A DNA stretch of 33,892 bases from positions 1 through 33,892 of the forward strand of contig SXOM01000414.1 of assembly GCA_005776735.1 (NCBI GenBank), given 5' to 3'. Source of the stretch: Pseudomonadota bacterium (GTDB taxonomy: Bacteria; Myxococcota_A; UBA796; SXON01). The notes beneath the pieces are model-generated. The model worked only from the letters and a program-made list of their open reading frames with translations, ran no database searches and was not told where the DNA came from. The position numbers and the translations under genes are program-made. Below, in pieces: positions 8,080-19,769 of the stretch (position 1 is its first letter; the number at the start of each line of letters is the position of its first letter).

Positions 8080-9188
8080 CTGTCGACCGGAATACCGGAA
8101 GCCGGCACGAATGAAAAGTGCAGGCGGCGCTCCAACGCGGGGGCAGCGGAAGAATTGACAACCATCACCACCGCGTCAGCGCCCGCCCACCAGCGCTCGG
8201 GTGGGGCGCCGAGCTCGGCCGCGGCGACCTCGAGCACGGCGCGCAGGCGCTCCGGATCGGCGCCGACGCGGGTACCGACCACCGCGACGCTCGCCACCGG
8301 CGTGGCCCCCGGCAGCTCGCCGTGCACGTTCCGCAGGTCGACCAGGAGCCCCCACGGCCCCGCAGCACGCAGGCACGGCCCGGGGAGCGCGGCGAACGAA
8401 GCGGCTGGCAAGAGCGCGAGCTGGGTGTCGCACACCACCGCGGCGACACGCTCCGGCGTCGGTGCGGGCTGCACCCGCGTGCCGCCGCCACGCTGCGCAG
8501 TGGCGCTCGCGCGCAGCGTGATCCCCTCCCGGTGGGCCCAGGCCACCGCGTCTTCGTAGAGCACCTTGGCCCCGTTCCGCGCCATCGCGAGCGCTTCGTC
8601 CAGGCTCAGCGTGTCGAGCTTCACCGCGCCCGGAACCACCCGCGGGTCGGCCGACCAGATGCCGTCGACGTCGGAGCAGATCTCGCACTCGTCGGCGCCC
8701 AGCGCACCGGCGAGGACCACCGCAGTGGTGTCGCTTCCGCCGCGGCCGAGGGTCGTCACCTCGCGCGCGCGGCTCACCCCCTGGAAGCCCGCCACGATGG
8801 CCACCTCGCCCGCGTCGAGGCTCTCCCGCAGCCGATCGGGCCGGACCTCGACCACCCGGGCGCTGGCGTGGGCGGTGTCGGTGATGATGCCCGACTGGCT
8901 GCCGGTGAAGCTGCGCGCCGGCACACCGAGCTCGTGCAGCGCCATCGCCAAGAGCGCCATGCTCACCCGCTCCCCGACCGAGATGAGCATGTCCAGCTCA
9001 CGACGTCCCGGGGTCTTGGTGACCTCGCGGGCCAACGCCAGGAGCTCGTTGGTCGTGTTGCCCATCGCGGAGACCACCACCACGACCCGGTGCCCGTCGG
9101 CGACGGTCTGGGCGACCCGCGCCGCGACCGCCCGGATGCGCACCACGTCGGCGACCGAGGAGCCGCCGTACTTCTGAACGATGAGCAT
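8076..9188 (-). CDS. lysC: Aspartate kinase
   Basis: [55 protein letters not shown] are classic aspartokinase motifs. The listed ORF 8076..9986 is over-extended. The ATG at 9188 shares one nt with the upstream stop. Confidence 0.92.
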   Translation of the reverse strand: MLIVQKYGGSSVADVVRIRAVAARVAQTVADGHRVVVVVSAMGNTTNELLALAREVTKTPGRRELDMLISVGERVSMALLAMALHELGVPARSFTGSQSGIITDTAHASARVVEVRPDRLRESLDAGEVAIVAGFQGVSRAREVTTLGRGGSDTTAVVLAGALGADECEICSDVDGIWSADPRVVPGAVKLDTLSLDEALAMARNGAKVLYEDAVAWAHREGITLRASATAQRGGGTRVQPAPTPERVAAVVCDTQLALLPAASFAALPGPCLRAAGPWGLLVDLRNVHGELPGATPVASVAVVGTRVGADPERLRAVLEVAAAELGAPPERWWAGADAVVMVVNSSAAPALERRLHFSFVPASGIPVDR

Positions 9189-10002
9189 CACTCCGCCAGG
9201 ATGTCGTCGACCCACAAGGTAGCCCGCCCCCGCGCAGCCGTCCCCGTCGGGACCAGCTCCAGGGCGACGTCGGTGAGCCGGCCGGGGGCCATCGGGCCGA
9301 CGGCCCCCTCCGGAGGTTCCAGGTCGCGGGCCGAGACCCGCGCCTCGGTCCACTCGGCCGTCAGCGGGGTGACGGGGCCGCGCCAGCGGGCGCCCCACTC
9401 GTCGACCGCCGACCAGCGCACCGCGAGCTCGCCTTCCGCCAGGCGCGCGCGCACGGAGACCGCGGCGGGGGCCGCGGTGGCGGCGAACCGGAGGGTCACG
9501 TGGTCGGTGGTGTCGGGGCCCACCACCGTGCTCCACGCCGCCACACGTCGGCCGGGTTCGCCCACGACCTCGAGCCCGGCGCCTTCGGCCGACCACGCCC
9601 GCACGCCGGGAAAGCTGCCGCCCTCGAAGTCGAAGCGCACCGGAAGCGAAACGATGACCGCGCCGCGGAGCGCCACCTCCTCGAGCAGCTCGCGCGCCGC
9701 GTCGCGCACCTCGGGGTCGCTGACGTAGGGGGCGCCGGCGGCGAGTCCCGGCTCGGCCGCGGCGGCCGCGAGGCTGCCGCGCGCGCGGGACAGGTCGCCG
9801 AGCTCCAGGCGCGCGCGCCCGAGCCAGTACGAGGTGGCGACGAACAACGCGTCGGCGGGACCCCGATCGAGCAGGGTGGCCTCGTACAGCCGGGCCGCGT
9901 TGTCGGGCGTACCGTCGGCCACCGCCACGAACCGTGCTTCGTACAGCGCCTTCCAGTCCGCCGCCGGGTCCGACGCCGCCGCCCACGCGCAGAGGGCGAG
10001 CA

Positions 10003-10003
<1 letters not shown>
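9188..10003 (-). CDS. Hypothetical protein with a helical N-terminal half and a beta-sandwich (CBM-like?) C-terminal half ending LWVDDILAE
   Basis: The 271 aa ORF is translationally coupled at both ends (10003 and 9188). The composition is protein-like. I am not confident of any family assignment. Confidence 0.6.
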
Positions 10004-10704
<701 letters not shown>

Positions 10705-10709
10705 CGTGT

Positions 10710-12800
10710 TCAGGCTCCTTGGCGGTCGAGGCTGGCTGGCCTCTGTATCGGGAAGTGAAGCACGAAGGTGGTGCCCACGCCCAGCGTGGAGTGTACGGTC
10801 ACGCGGCCGCCGTGGGCCTCCATGATGTACTTCACGATGGTCAGGCCGATTCCCGTGCCCTTGCGCCGGCGCGCATTCGGGTCGTTGCTTCGGTAATATT
10901 GTTCGAAGATCGCCTGTGTTTCGGCAGCGTCGATGCCGATTCCGCGATCGGACACCTCGACGAGCACCTCGCCGGGTGCCGACCGGATGACCACCCCGAT
11001 CCACCCCGCGTCCTGCCCATACTTGGCCGCGTTTGACAACAGATTCACGATCACCTGCGCGATTGCGTCGGGGTCGTGCCAGACCGGAGGCAGGTCCTCC
11101 GGGTAGGACTCCTCGACCTGCATCACCCGCATCTCCATCGCGACGCGGGCCGATTCGACCACGTTCTGCACGGTGGCGGCGAGGTCGCCGGGACGGAGGT
11201 TGTACTTCTTCTGGCCGCGCTCGATGGCCGCGAAGTCGAGCATGTTGTCGACCATGCGGGACAGCCGCTCGGCCTCGCGCACGATGACGTCGTAGTGGCG
11301 GGCCTGCGACTCGGGCGTCTCGGCGAGGCCGAGCTGCAGGGCTTCGGCCTTGAGCCGGATCTGCGTGATGGGGGAGCGCAGCTCGTGGCTCACGTTGGCG
11401 GCGAACTCGCTCTTGAGCCGCGCGGCGTCGAGCTCGCGGCGCACCAGGCCCGCGCTCAGGAACGCCCCGATCACGATCATCACGACGCTGAGCAGGACGA
11501 TGCCCAGGCTCCGCCGGACGTCCTCCGACTGGCGACGGTCCAACGCCGCCGGGTCGCGCGGGTAGGCCACGATCGACCACTGCGGCGCGCGGGACAGCGG
11601 CCGACGTACCCGCACGTCGGGCGGGGACGGGTCCTCGACCGCGAGCAGGGTCACGACCACGTCGGAGTTGACGCCGAGCGCCCCCTCGCCGAGCCCGCGG
11701 AGGCGCTTGAGCAGGAGGTCGGCGTCGAGCGCGAAGAGGTACTGGTCGGTCTCCGTCCACGTGCGCGCCCACACCGCCGAGTCCGTCGCCGTGTAGTAGA
11801 ACTTGCCCGTCGGCTGACGCAGGAGGCGACCCTTCGCCCCCAGCGAGTCCATCTCGGCCTGGAGCACGCCCGCCCAGTAGAGCTGGGCCTGCCGGTCGTC
11901 GACGGTGTCGCGGTCGCGGCGAACGAGCTCCTGCGGGGTGCCCGTGGCCTCCAGGTTGTCGAGCGCGCGCTGGACGACCGCCGCTTCGCCCCCCTCCCCT
12001 ACCGTCCAGGCCTCGCCGAGCAGATCGGCGATCAGCCGCTGGAACGCGGCCACCCCCTGGTCGGGCTCGCGCGCGAGAAGGATCTCCGCGAGCTTGAAGC
12101 GCGCGAGGTCGCCGAGGCGGAAGCCCTCCACCGTGCGGACCTGCCGGTGTTCGCGCGCCAGCTCGCCGAACGCCGCCTCGGCGCCGCGGACGTCGCCCGC
12201 ACGAAGCAGACACCGCGCCCGCGCGAACAGCGCATCGCCCCGCGCGACCGGGTCGCCGACCCGGTGCTGGATCCGCCCCCACAAGGTCGCCGCCGCGCCG
12301 TACTCGCCCCCTTGTTCGAGGTCGGCCGCGCGCCGCCACGCCTCGGCCATGCGCCACGGGGCCTCGTCCACGCCCCGGCGCTCGGCGACGAGGAACGGCG
12401 CCGCGAGCTGGCCCTCCTCGTCGAACCGGTACACGACGCGGAGCGCCGGCGAGAGCTCGCCCAGCCGCGCGTGCATCGACTTGCCGGTGGTCAGCCGGCC
12501 CAGGGCCGAGTCCTCGAACGCCTTGAACTCCGCCTCGATCTGCGTGCCCAACAGGTCGGCCGCGAGCTCGGCGTCGTTGGCCACCTGGGCGCGCGCGGCG
12601 TCTTGTTGGGCGCGGATGCCGGCGATGCCGTAGTACGCCAACAACAGGCCGGGCAGGCCGATCGTGGCCGCGAAGAGCGCGACGAAGGTGAGCACGCCCC
12701 GCAGGTGGTACAGGTCTTCCTTGGCGCGCGGATCGCCCCGCCGCGCGTCGAAGAAACGTCGGATGAGCCGCAGGGGGCCGAGGTCGGCGGGGCTCGCCAT
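10710..12800 (-). CDS. Sensor histidine kinase (two TM segments, large extracytoplasmic helical domain, HisKA + HATPase_c)
   Basis: The H box is FAANVSHELRSPIT, the N box VIVNLLSNAAKY, and the G boxes DRGIGI and GTGIGL. The TM segments are VLTFVALFAATIGLPGLLLAYYGI and LGIVLLSVVMIVIGAFLSAGLV. I trimmed the start to ATG 12800 (MASPADLG) so the gene does not run through the divergent gene at 12859. Confidence 0.88.
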   Translation of the reverse strand: MASPADLGPLRLIRRFFDARRGDPRAKEDLYHLRGVLTFVALFAATIGLPGLLLAYYGIAGIRAQQDAARAQVANDAELAADLLGTQIEAEFKAFEDSALGRLTTGKSMHARLGELSPALRVVYRFDEEGQLAAPFLVAERRGVDEAPWRMAEAWRRAADLEQGGEYGAAATLWGRIQHRVGDPVARGDALFARARCLLRAGDVRGAEAAFGELAREHRQVRTVEGFRLGDLARFKLAEILLAREPDQGVAAFQRLIADLLGEAWTVGEGGEAAVVQRALDNLEATGTPQELVRRDRDTVDDRQAQLYWAGVLQAEMDSLGAKGRLLRQPTGKFYYTATDSAVWARTWTETDQYLFALDADLLLKRLRGLGEGALGVNSDVVVTLLAVEDPSPPDVRVRRPLSRAPQWSIVAYPRDPAALDRRQSEDVRRSLGIVLLSVVMIVIGAFLSAGLVRRELDAARLKSEFAANVSHELRSPITQIRLKAEALQLGLAETPESQARHYDVIVREAERLSRMVDNMLDFAAIERGQKKYNLRPGDLAATVQNVVESARVAMEMRVMQVEESYPEDLPPVWHDPDAIAQVIVNLLSNAAKYGQDAGWIGVVIRSAPGEVLVEVSDRGIGIDAAETQAIFEQYYRSNDPNARRRKGTGIGLTIVKYIMEAHGGRVTVHSTLGVGTTFVLHFPIQRPASLDRQGA

Positions 12801-12858
12801 CCTGCGAAGGTAGCCCCGCCGCACGTCCCGCGCGATAGGCCGCCGACCGGGAGGCGAC

Positions 12859-13836
12859 GTGAAGGCGATCGTGGTGCGGGAACACGGGGGCCCCGAGGTG
12901 CTCCGGATCGAGGAGCTCCCCGAGCCCGCCGCCGGCCCGGGCGAGGTGGTCGTCCACGTCACGCACGTCGGCCTCAACCACCTCGACGTCTGGGTTCGCC
13001 GCGGGGTGCCGGGGCACGACTTCCACCTGCCGCGGGTGCCGGGGAGCGACGTGGCGGGCACGGTCGACGGACGCCCCGTGGTCCTGCACCCGAGCTGGGG
13101 CTGCGGGAGCTGCGCGGCGTGCCTGGCTGGCCGCCAGAACCGGTGCCGCCACTTCCGGATCCGCGGCGAGAGCGCCGACGGCGGCTGCGCCGAACGGGTG
13201 GTGGTCCCGGCCTGGCAGGTGCTGCCGGTGCCACCGGGGATGCCGCTGTCCGATGCCGCCGCGCTGCCGTTGGCCCTGTTGACCGCGTGGCACATGCTCG
13301 TGGCGCGGGCCCGCCTCCAACGCGGCGAGCGGGTGCTGGTGCAGGCGGGCGCCAGCGGGGTCGGCGTCTACGCGATCCAGGTGGCGCGCACCTTCGGCTG
13401 CGAGGTGCACGCGACCGCGAGCACCCCCGCCAAGCGAGCGCGCATCGAGGCCCTCGGCGCGACCGCGTGGCCGTACGACGCGGTGGGCGTCCGCGATGTC
13501 GACGTGGTGGTCGAGTCGGTGGGCAAGGACACGTGGGCGAGCTCAGTGCGCGCCCTGCGGTGGGGCGGGCGCCTGGTCTGTTGCGGCGCCACCTCCGGCG
13601 CCGAGGTGCCGCTCGGCCTGCGCACGCTCTTCTTCAAGCAGCTCGACGTCTTGGGGAGCACCATGGGAACGTCGTCGGACATGCTCGCCGCCTGGGCCTG
13701 CGTCCACGCCGGGGACATCCTCCCGGTCGTGGACGAGGTCGGGTCGATGCGCGAGCTCGGCGCCGCGCAGGCCCGCCTGGAGGCCCGCGAGGTGGTGGGC
13801 AAGGTCATCGTCGCCCAGGACCTCCCCCATGGCTGA
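12859..13836 (+). CDS. Zn-dependent alcohol dehydrogenase / quinone oxidoreductase family (MDR) protein
   Basis: MKAIVVREHGGPEVL..GSDVAG..CGSCAACLAGRQNRC..VLVQAGASGVGVYAIQ are MDR motifs. The GTG start has GGGAGG 6 nt upstream. Confidence 0.88.
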   Translation: MKAIVVREHGGPEVLRIEELPEPAAGPGEVVVHVTHVGLNHLDVWVRRGVPGHDFHLPRVPGSDVAGTVDGRPVVLHPSWGCGSCAACLAGRQNRCRHFRIRGESADGGCAERVVVPAWQVLPVPPGMPLSDAAALPLALLTAWHMLVARARLQRGERVLVQAGASGVGVYAIQVARTFGCEVHATASTPAKRARIEALGATAWPYDAVGVRDVDVVVESVGKDTWASSVRALRWGGRLVCCGATSGAEVPLGLRTLFFKQLDVLGSTMGTSSDMLAAWACVHAGDILPVVDEVGSMRELGAAQARLEAREVVGKVIVAQDLPHG

Positions 13837-14704
13837 GCCCCGCCTCCCCGGCTCCGGCGGCCGGTACAAGGTGCACCACGAAGACTTCGAGGTGCTCGAG
13901 GTGCCGCACGGCTGCCCGAAGGGGCGGGGCGTCGCGTGGTACCGGGTGCGGCGCACCGGCCGCGACACACCGGAGGTCGCGCGCACGCTCGCCCGCGCCG
14001 CCGACGTCCAGAGCGAAGACGTCGGCTACGCGGGGCTCAAGGACCGCGAAGCGGTCACCGAGCAGCGGTTCACCATCGTCGGGGGCCGGCGGCTCCGCGC
14101 CCTGCCCGACGGGCTCACCCTCGTCGACGCGGGGGAGACGCGGGAGCCGTTGCGGCCGGGGTTGCTCGACGGCAATCGTTTCCGCATCCGCGTGCGCGAC
14201 GGCGACGCCGCGCTCGCCGCGGCGCGGCTCCTCCAGCTCGGGCACTTCCCCAACCGGTTCGGACCGCAGCGGGTCGGCAACGGGCTGCCCGACCTCGGGC
14301 TCGACGTGCTGCTCGGCCGCGCCGGCCGCCTCGACGCGCAGCGTCGCCGCTTCGCCCTCATCGCCTGGCAGGCAGCCGGCTTCAACCGTGTCCTCGACCT
14401 GCGCGGCCCCGTGCGCATCGACGGCGACTGGCTCGAGGCGGGCGTCCCCACCGGCCCGCTGTACGGTGCGCAGATGCGCTGGCCGCGCGGCGCCGCGCGG
14501 GCGCTCGACGAGGGTGTACTCGCCGAGTCGGGCGTCGGCCTCGACGAGCTCGACCGGGTGGCGCGCATCGTCCCCGGCAGCCGGCGCCCGCTGGTCGCCG
14601 CCGCGCAGGACGCCAGGATCGTCCCGACCGAAGACGGCTACGTGCTGGAAGTCACGCTCGCTGCGGGTTGCTACGCCACCTCGCTCCTCGACGAGCTGCT
14701 GTAA
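13829..14704 (+). CDS. truD: tRNA pseudouridine synthase D (short form, 291 aa)
   Basis: The TruD hallmark GYAGLKDREAVTEQ is present, as is FPNRFGPQR. The ATG at 13829 overlaps the upstream gene by 8 nt. The listed ORF 13496..14704 is over-extended. Confidence 0.85.
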   Translation: MAEPRLPGSGGRYKVHHEDFEVLEVPHGCPKGRGVAWYRVRRTGRDTPEVARTLARAADVQSEDVGYAGLKDREAVTEQRFTIVGGRRLRALPDGLTLVDAGETREPLRPGLLDGNRFRIRVRDGDAALAAARLLQLGHFPNRFGPQRVGNGLPDLGLDVLLGRAGRLDAQRRRFALIAWQAAGFNRVLDLRGPVRIDGDWLEAGVPTGPLYGAQMRWPRGAARALDEGVLAESGVGLDELDRVARIVPGSRRPLVAAAQDARIVPTEDGYVLEVTLAAGCYATSLLDELL

Positions 14705-14720
14705 CCGCGCCGAAAACGAA

Positions 14721-14750
14721 GGAAGCCGCCCCGTTGCCGAGGCGGCTTCC
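14721..14750. terminator. Perfect 10 bp GC hairpin between convergent genes (candidate bidirectional terminator)
   Basis: ggaagccgcc-ccgttgccga-ggcggcttcc lies between the truD stop (14704) and the stop of the minus-strand lipoprotein gene (14767). Confidence 0.55.
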
Positions 14751-14766
14751 CCAGGGACGACGAGGG

Positions 14767-15228
14767 TTACTCGGCGTTCGGGACCGGGCCCTTGCCCATC
14801 TTGACGCCGTGGGCCACGATGGTGGCGCAACGACGGCCGAAGATCGGCATCGCGAACTTGCCGGCGGTGAGGCCGTCGCTCGTGACGTGGCTGCGGTACG
14901 CGGCGAGGTTGGTCGCCTCGGGCATCTTGTCGAGGGCTTCGTAGAGGGCACGCGCCTCTTCCGGGGTGCCGCCGCCGACGCCGACGAGCGCGAGGATCGC
15001 GCTGAGCGGGTCGCCACCGCCGCCGCCGCTGGTGGCGCCGGCCTTGTCCTGGAACAGGTGGCCGAAGTCGATGCCGAACACGTAGGTACCGCAGGCCTCG
15101 GCGCTGGTCTCGCCGAGCACGGTGTAGTCCACGCTGGCCCAGCGGGCGCCGAAGCCCGGAGCGTTGTGGTTCTTGTAGGAGCAGCCGGCCAGGAGGAGGG
15201 CGGCGGCGACGAAAGCGAGCTTCTTCAT
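14767..15228 (-). CDS. Hypothetical lipoprotein (153 aa)
   Basis: MKKLAFVAAALLLAGCSYKN is a textbook lipoprotein signal with lipobox LAGC. A Gly-rich internal stretch is present. The listed ORF 14767..15474 is over-extended. Confidence 0.75.
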   Translation of the reverse strand: MKKLAFVAAALLLAGCSYKNHNAPGFGARWASVDYTVLGETSAEACGTYVFGIDFGHLFQDKAGATSGGGGGDPLSAILALVGVGGGTPEEARALYEALDKMPEATNLAAYRSHVTSDGLTAGKFAMPIFGRRCATIVAHGVKMGKGPVPNAE

Positions 15229-15328
15229 GTGAACCCTTGGCTTTGGGGGTGGGCCCTGTAACCGGAGGACCACAGGGCGCAAGTGTACGCGGCAGGGAAA
15301 CCGGCTATTCAGGCGCGGCGGAGACCCG

Positions 15329-15817
15329 ATGATCACCACGCTCGCCCTTTCCCTGCTCGTCGATCCGGCTGCGGCCGCCACCGAGGTCGGCACCGCCCGG
15401 AAGTTCGGTCTCGGAGCCGCCTCGGGCAACGGCTTCATCAGCGCCGCGGGAAAGTACTGGCTCAAGCCTGCCATCGGGATCAGCGCCTACCTGGGCAACG
15501 GCGGCCTGCTCCAACAGGTCCGCGCCAACTTCGAGGTCGACCTGTTCACCGCGCGCGACACCGAGCTCGGGAAGTTCGACGTGTACTGGCTGGCCGGCGT
15601 CGACGGCGGGGTGTGGCTCTACCCGGGCTTCGCCAGCGGCAAGCTCGGCTTCGGCACCGGCCTGGGCGTCGACCTGAAGTTCCACGACATGCCGCTGGAT
15701 GCGTTCGTCGACGTGGGCCTCGGCGGCTACCCCTTCGACGTGTGCACCATCAGCGTCACGCTCTTCTGCTACATGCAGCCCCGCGCCGATCTCGGCGTCC
15801 GGTACTACTTCCCGTAG
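15329..15817 (+). CDS. Hypothetical small protein, possibly an outer-membrane beta-barrel
   Basis: A short hydrophobic N-terminus (MITTLALSLLVDPAAAA) is followed by a Gly/aromatic alternating pattern and a C-terminal GVRYYFP. GGAGA lies 5 nt upstream of the ATG. The overlapping ORFs in other frames look like junk. Confidence 0.5.
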   Translation: MITTLALSLLVDPAAAATEVGTARKFGLGAASGNGFISAAGKYWLKPAIGISAYLGNGGLLQQVRANFEVDLFTARDTELGKFDVYWLAGVDGGVWLYPGFASGKLGFGTGLGVDLKFHDMPLDAFVDVGLGGYPFDVCTISVTLFCYMQPRADLGVRYYFP

Positions 15818-15836
15818 GGCGCACGGCGCCGGCCGG

Positions 15837-17758
<1,922 letters not shown>

Positions 17759-17762
<4 letters not shown>

Positions 17763-18289
17763 GGCAGCGGCACCGTGCGGAGGTGGGAGAAGTGTAGCCG
17801 GGCGTAATCCATTCCCGCAGCGAGGCCGAGGGCGCCGACCGTCAGCGTGAGCGCCGGGGTCGGCAGGCCGAGCAGCCCGAGCACCAGCGTGAGCGCCACG
17901 AAGATCGTGGTGAGCTGCCCCAGCGGCCGGGTGGCCGGCCGGCCCACACCCGTGCGCCACCGGTGCGCGAAGACGAAGACCAGCGGCACCTGGACGATCT
18001 CCCGGATGAACAGCGGCAACATCCACCAGCCGGGAAAGATGCCCTCGTTCACCAACGTCCACGCGGTGTTGACGTGGAGCGCCTTGTCGGCCCAGGCGTC
18101 GAGCGTGGCGCCCGCCGGGGTCGCGGTGCCGGTGCTCCGCGCGACGCGCCCGTCGAGTACGTCGGTGAAGAGCGCCGTCGCGTACACGCCGAGCCACCAC
18201 TCCCGCGGGAGCAACGGCAACGCGGCGGCCAGGGCCACCCGCAGCCAGGACAAGGCGCTCGCGAGCGTGCAGAGGTCGGAGAAGCGCAC
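17759..18289 (-). CDS. CDP-alcohol phosphatidyltransferase family protein
   Basis: The motif DGRVARSTGTATPAGATLDAWAD fits D-G-x2-A-R-x8-G-x3-D-x3-D, and the protein is polytopic. Its stop overlaps the lipoprotein ATG (ATGA, 17759-17762). The start is uncertain: GTG 18289 (chosen) or ATG 18418. Confidence 0.72.
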
Positions 18290-18416
18290 GACCCCGCGGG
18301 CTATCCCGATGTCCGGGCGTCCGCCGCCGCCGCGGTTCGGTAGCCGGGACCGCGCCGACCGGGCCGTGTTGCGGCGAGGGACCGGCCCTCCGGATACGGC
18401 GGACGCGGAGACCGTC

Positions 18417-18908
18417 ATGGGCCTGTTGCGCTCCCTCGCCAAGCGCGTCGTGTCCCGCGTCAGCGGCGACTCCCGCGCGTCGCCTCCCCCCGCGTCCGCC
18501 CCGGCGGCCGCCGCCCCCGCCCCGAGCGCCGGCCGCGGCCCGGTCGCCGTCGTCGCCGGCGAAGAAGGGCCGGTGGCCGACGCCGATGCCCTCGCGAACC
18601 TCGAAGCGGGCGCGCAGGAGGTGAAAGAGCGCGTGGAGTGCGGCGAACCCGTGGTGCTCCTCGACGTGCGCGAGCCCGAGGAGACCCGCCTCGGCACCAT
18701 CCCCGGCGCCATCCTCATTCCGCTCGGCCAGCTCGAAGCCCGGTGGCGCGAGGTCGAAAAGTGCAACGAGATCGTGTGCTATTGCGCCCACGGCCAGCGC
18801 AGCGTGGCCGCGGCGCGGCTCTTGCGTCAAAAGGGCCTGTTCAACGCCACGAGCCTCGAAGGCGGCGTGGCGGCGTGGCAGGCGTGCGGCGGCAAGCTCG
18901 TCGGATGA
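18417..18908 (+). CDS. Rhodanese-domain sulfurtransferase with a Pro/Ala-rich N-terminal extension
   Basis: VVLLDVREPEE..IPGAILIPL..IVCYCAHGQRS contains the active-site loop C-x4-R. GGAGA lies 6 nt upstream of the ATG at 18417. The listed ORF 17847..18908 is over-extended. Confidence 0.85.
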   Translation: MGLLRSLAKRVVSRVSGDSRASPPPASAPAAAAPAPSAGRGPVAVVAGEEGPVADADALANLEAGAQEVKERVECGEPVVLLDVREPEETRLGTIPGAILIPLGQLEARWREVEKCNEIVCYCAHGQRSVAAARLLRQKGLFNATSLEGGVAAWQACGGKLVG

Positions 18909-18933
18909 GCCCGGCCCGCCCGAGCGTTTGGGG

Positions 18934-18982
18934 GCGATGCCGCGCGACCGTCCCGAAGCGCGCCGGGGCCGCCCGGCATCGC
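18934..18982. repeat. REP-like GC-rich hairpin, copy 2
   Basis: The arms gcgatgccg / cggcatcgc (9 bp, perfect) enclose cgcgaccgtcccgaagcgcgc. The 20-mer gcgaccgtcccgaagcgcgc is identical at 24114-24133. Confidence 0.6.
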
Positions 18983-19002
18983 GCTGCGATCGCGGCGGCG
19001 CC

Positions 19003-19764
19003 GTGCTGACCGTGGTGGGGGCCGGTCGGGTGGGCCAGGCGCTCGCGGCGGCGGCCACCGCCCAGGGGATCGAGGTCGAGGTCGTCACGCGGGGCGGTGC
19101 GGTGCCCGACGGGGGGGGGCCGGTCCTGGTGTGCACCCGCAACGACGACGTCGCCGGCATCATCGACGCGTGTCCCCGCCCGGCCGACCTCGTCCTGGTG
19201 CAGAACGGGGCCTTGCTCCCCTGGCTGCGGGGACGGGGGTTCGGCGAGCTCACGCAGGGGCAGTTGTGGTTCGCCGTCCCCACCCGCGGCGCCCCCCCCG
19301 AAGCGGGCGCGCCGTCGGTCTTCTGGGGCCGCCACGCCTCGTGGACCGCGGCGTTCCTCGGGCGCGCGGGCCTCGCCGCCCGCACCGTGGCGAGCGCCGC
19401 CCAGTACGAAGCGGAGGTCGGGACCAAGCTCCTGTGGCTCAGCGTCTTCGGGGTGCTGGGCGACCTGCACCAGGAGACGGTGTTGGCCAGCCTCGCGCGG
19501 ACCGACGAGCTCGAGGCGCGCGTGGCCGAGCTGCTCCCGGTGTGCGGCGCCGGCCTCGGCGCCACGCCCGACGCAGCCGACACGCTGCGCCGCCTCCGGG
19601 AATACAGCCTCGCGGTCGGGTCGTGGCGCGCCGCGGTGAAGGAGTGGCCGTGGCGCGACGGGTGGCTCCACACCGTCGCCCGCCGAGCCGGCCTCGCCAC
19701 CCCGCTGCACGACGAAGCGTGCGCGCGCCTCGGCCACCCTGCCGGGCCCGTTGGGCTATACTGA
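19003..19764 (+). CDS. Ketopantoate reductase (ApbA/PanE)-like NAD(P)-binding oxidoreductase
   Basis: The Rossmann motif VLTVVGAGRVGQALA sits at the N-terminus, and later sequence (EVGTKLLWLSVFGVL) is KPR-like. I moved the start to GTG 19003 because the listed start at 18928 would run through the intergenic hairpin repeat. Confidence 0.6.
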   Translation: MLTVVGAGRVGQALAAAATAQGIEVEVVTRGGAVPDGGGPVLVCTRNDDVAGIIDACPRPADLVLVQNGALLPWLRGRGFGELTQGQLWFAVPTRGAPPEAGAPSVFWGRHASWTAAFLGRAGLAARTVASAAQYEAEVGTKLLWLSVFGVLGDLHQETVLASLARTDELEARVAELLPVCGAGLGATPDAADTLRRLREYSLAVGSWRAAVKEWPWRDGWLHTVARRAGLATPLHDEACARLGHPAGPVGLY

Positions 19765-19769
19765 CGCCC

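Noticed and set aside
18928-19002. The listed ATG start at 18928 for the KPR-like gene.
   Set aside because: It would translate through the REP-like hairpin (18934-18982) into an Arg-rich leader with no homology. The Rossmann motif begins right at GTG 19003. The choice remains uncertain.
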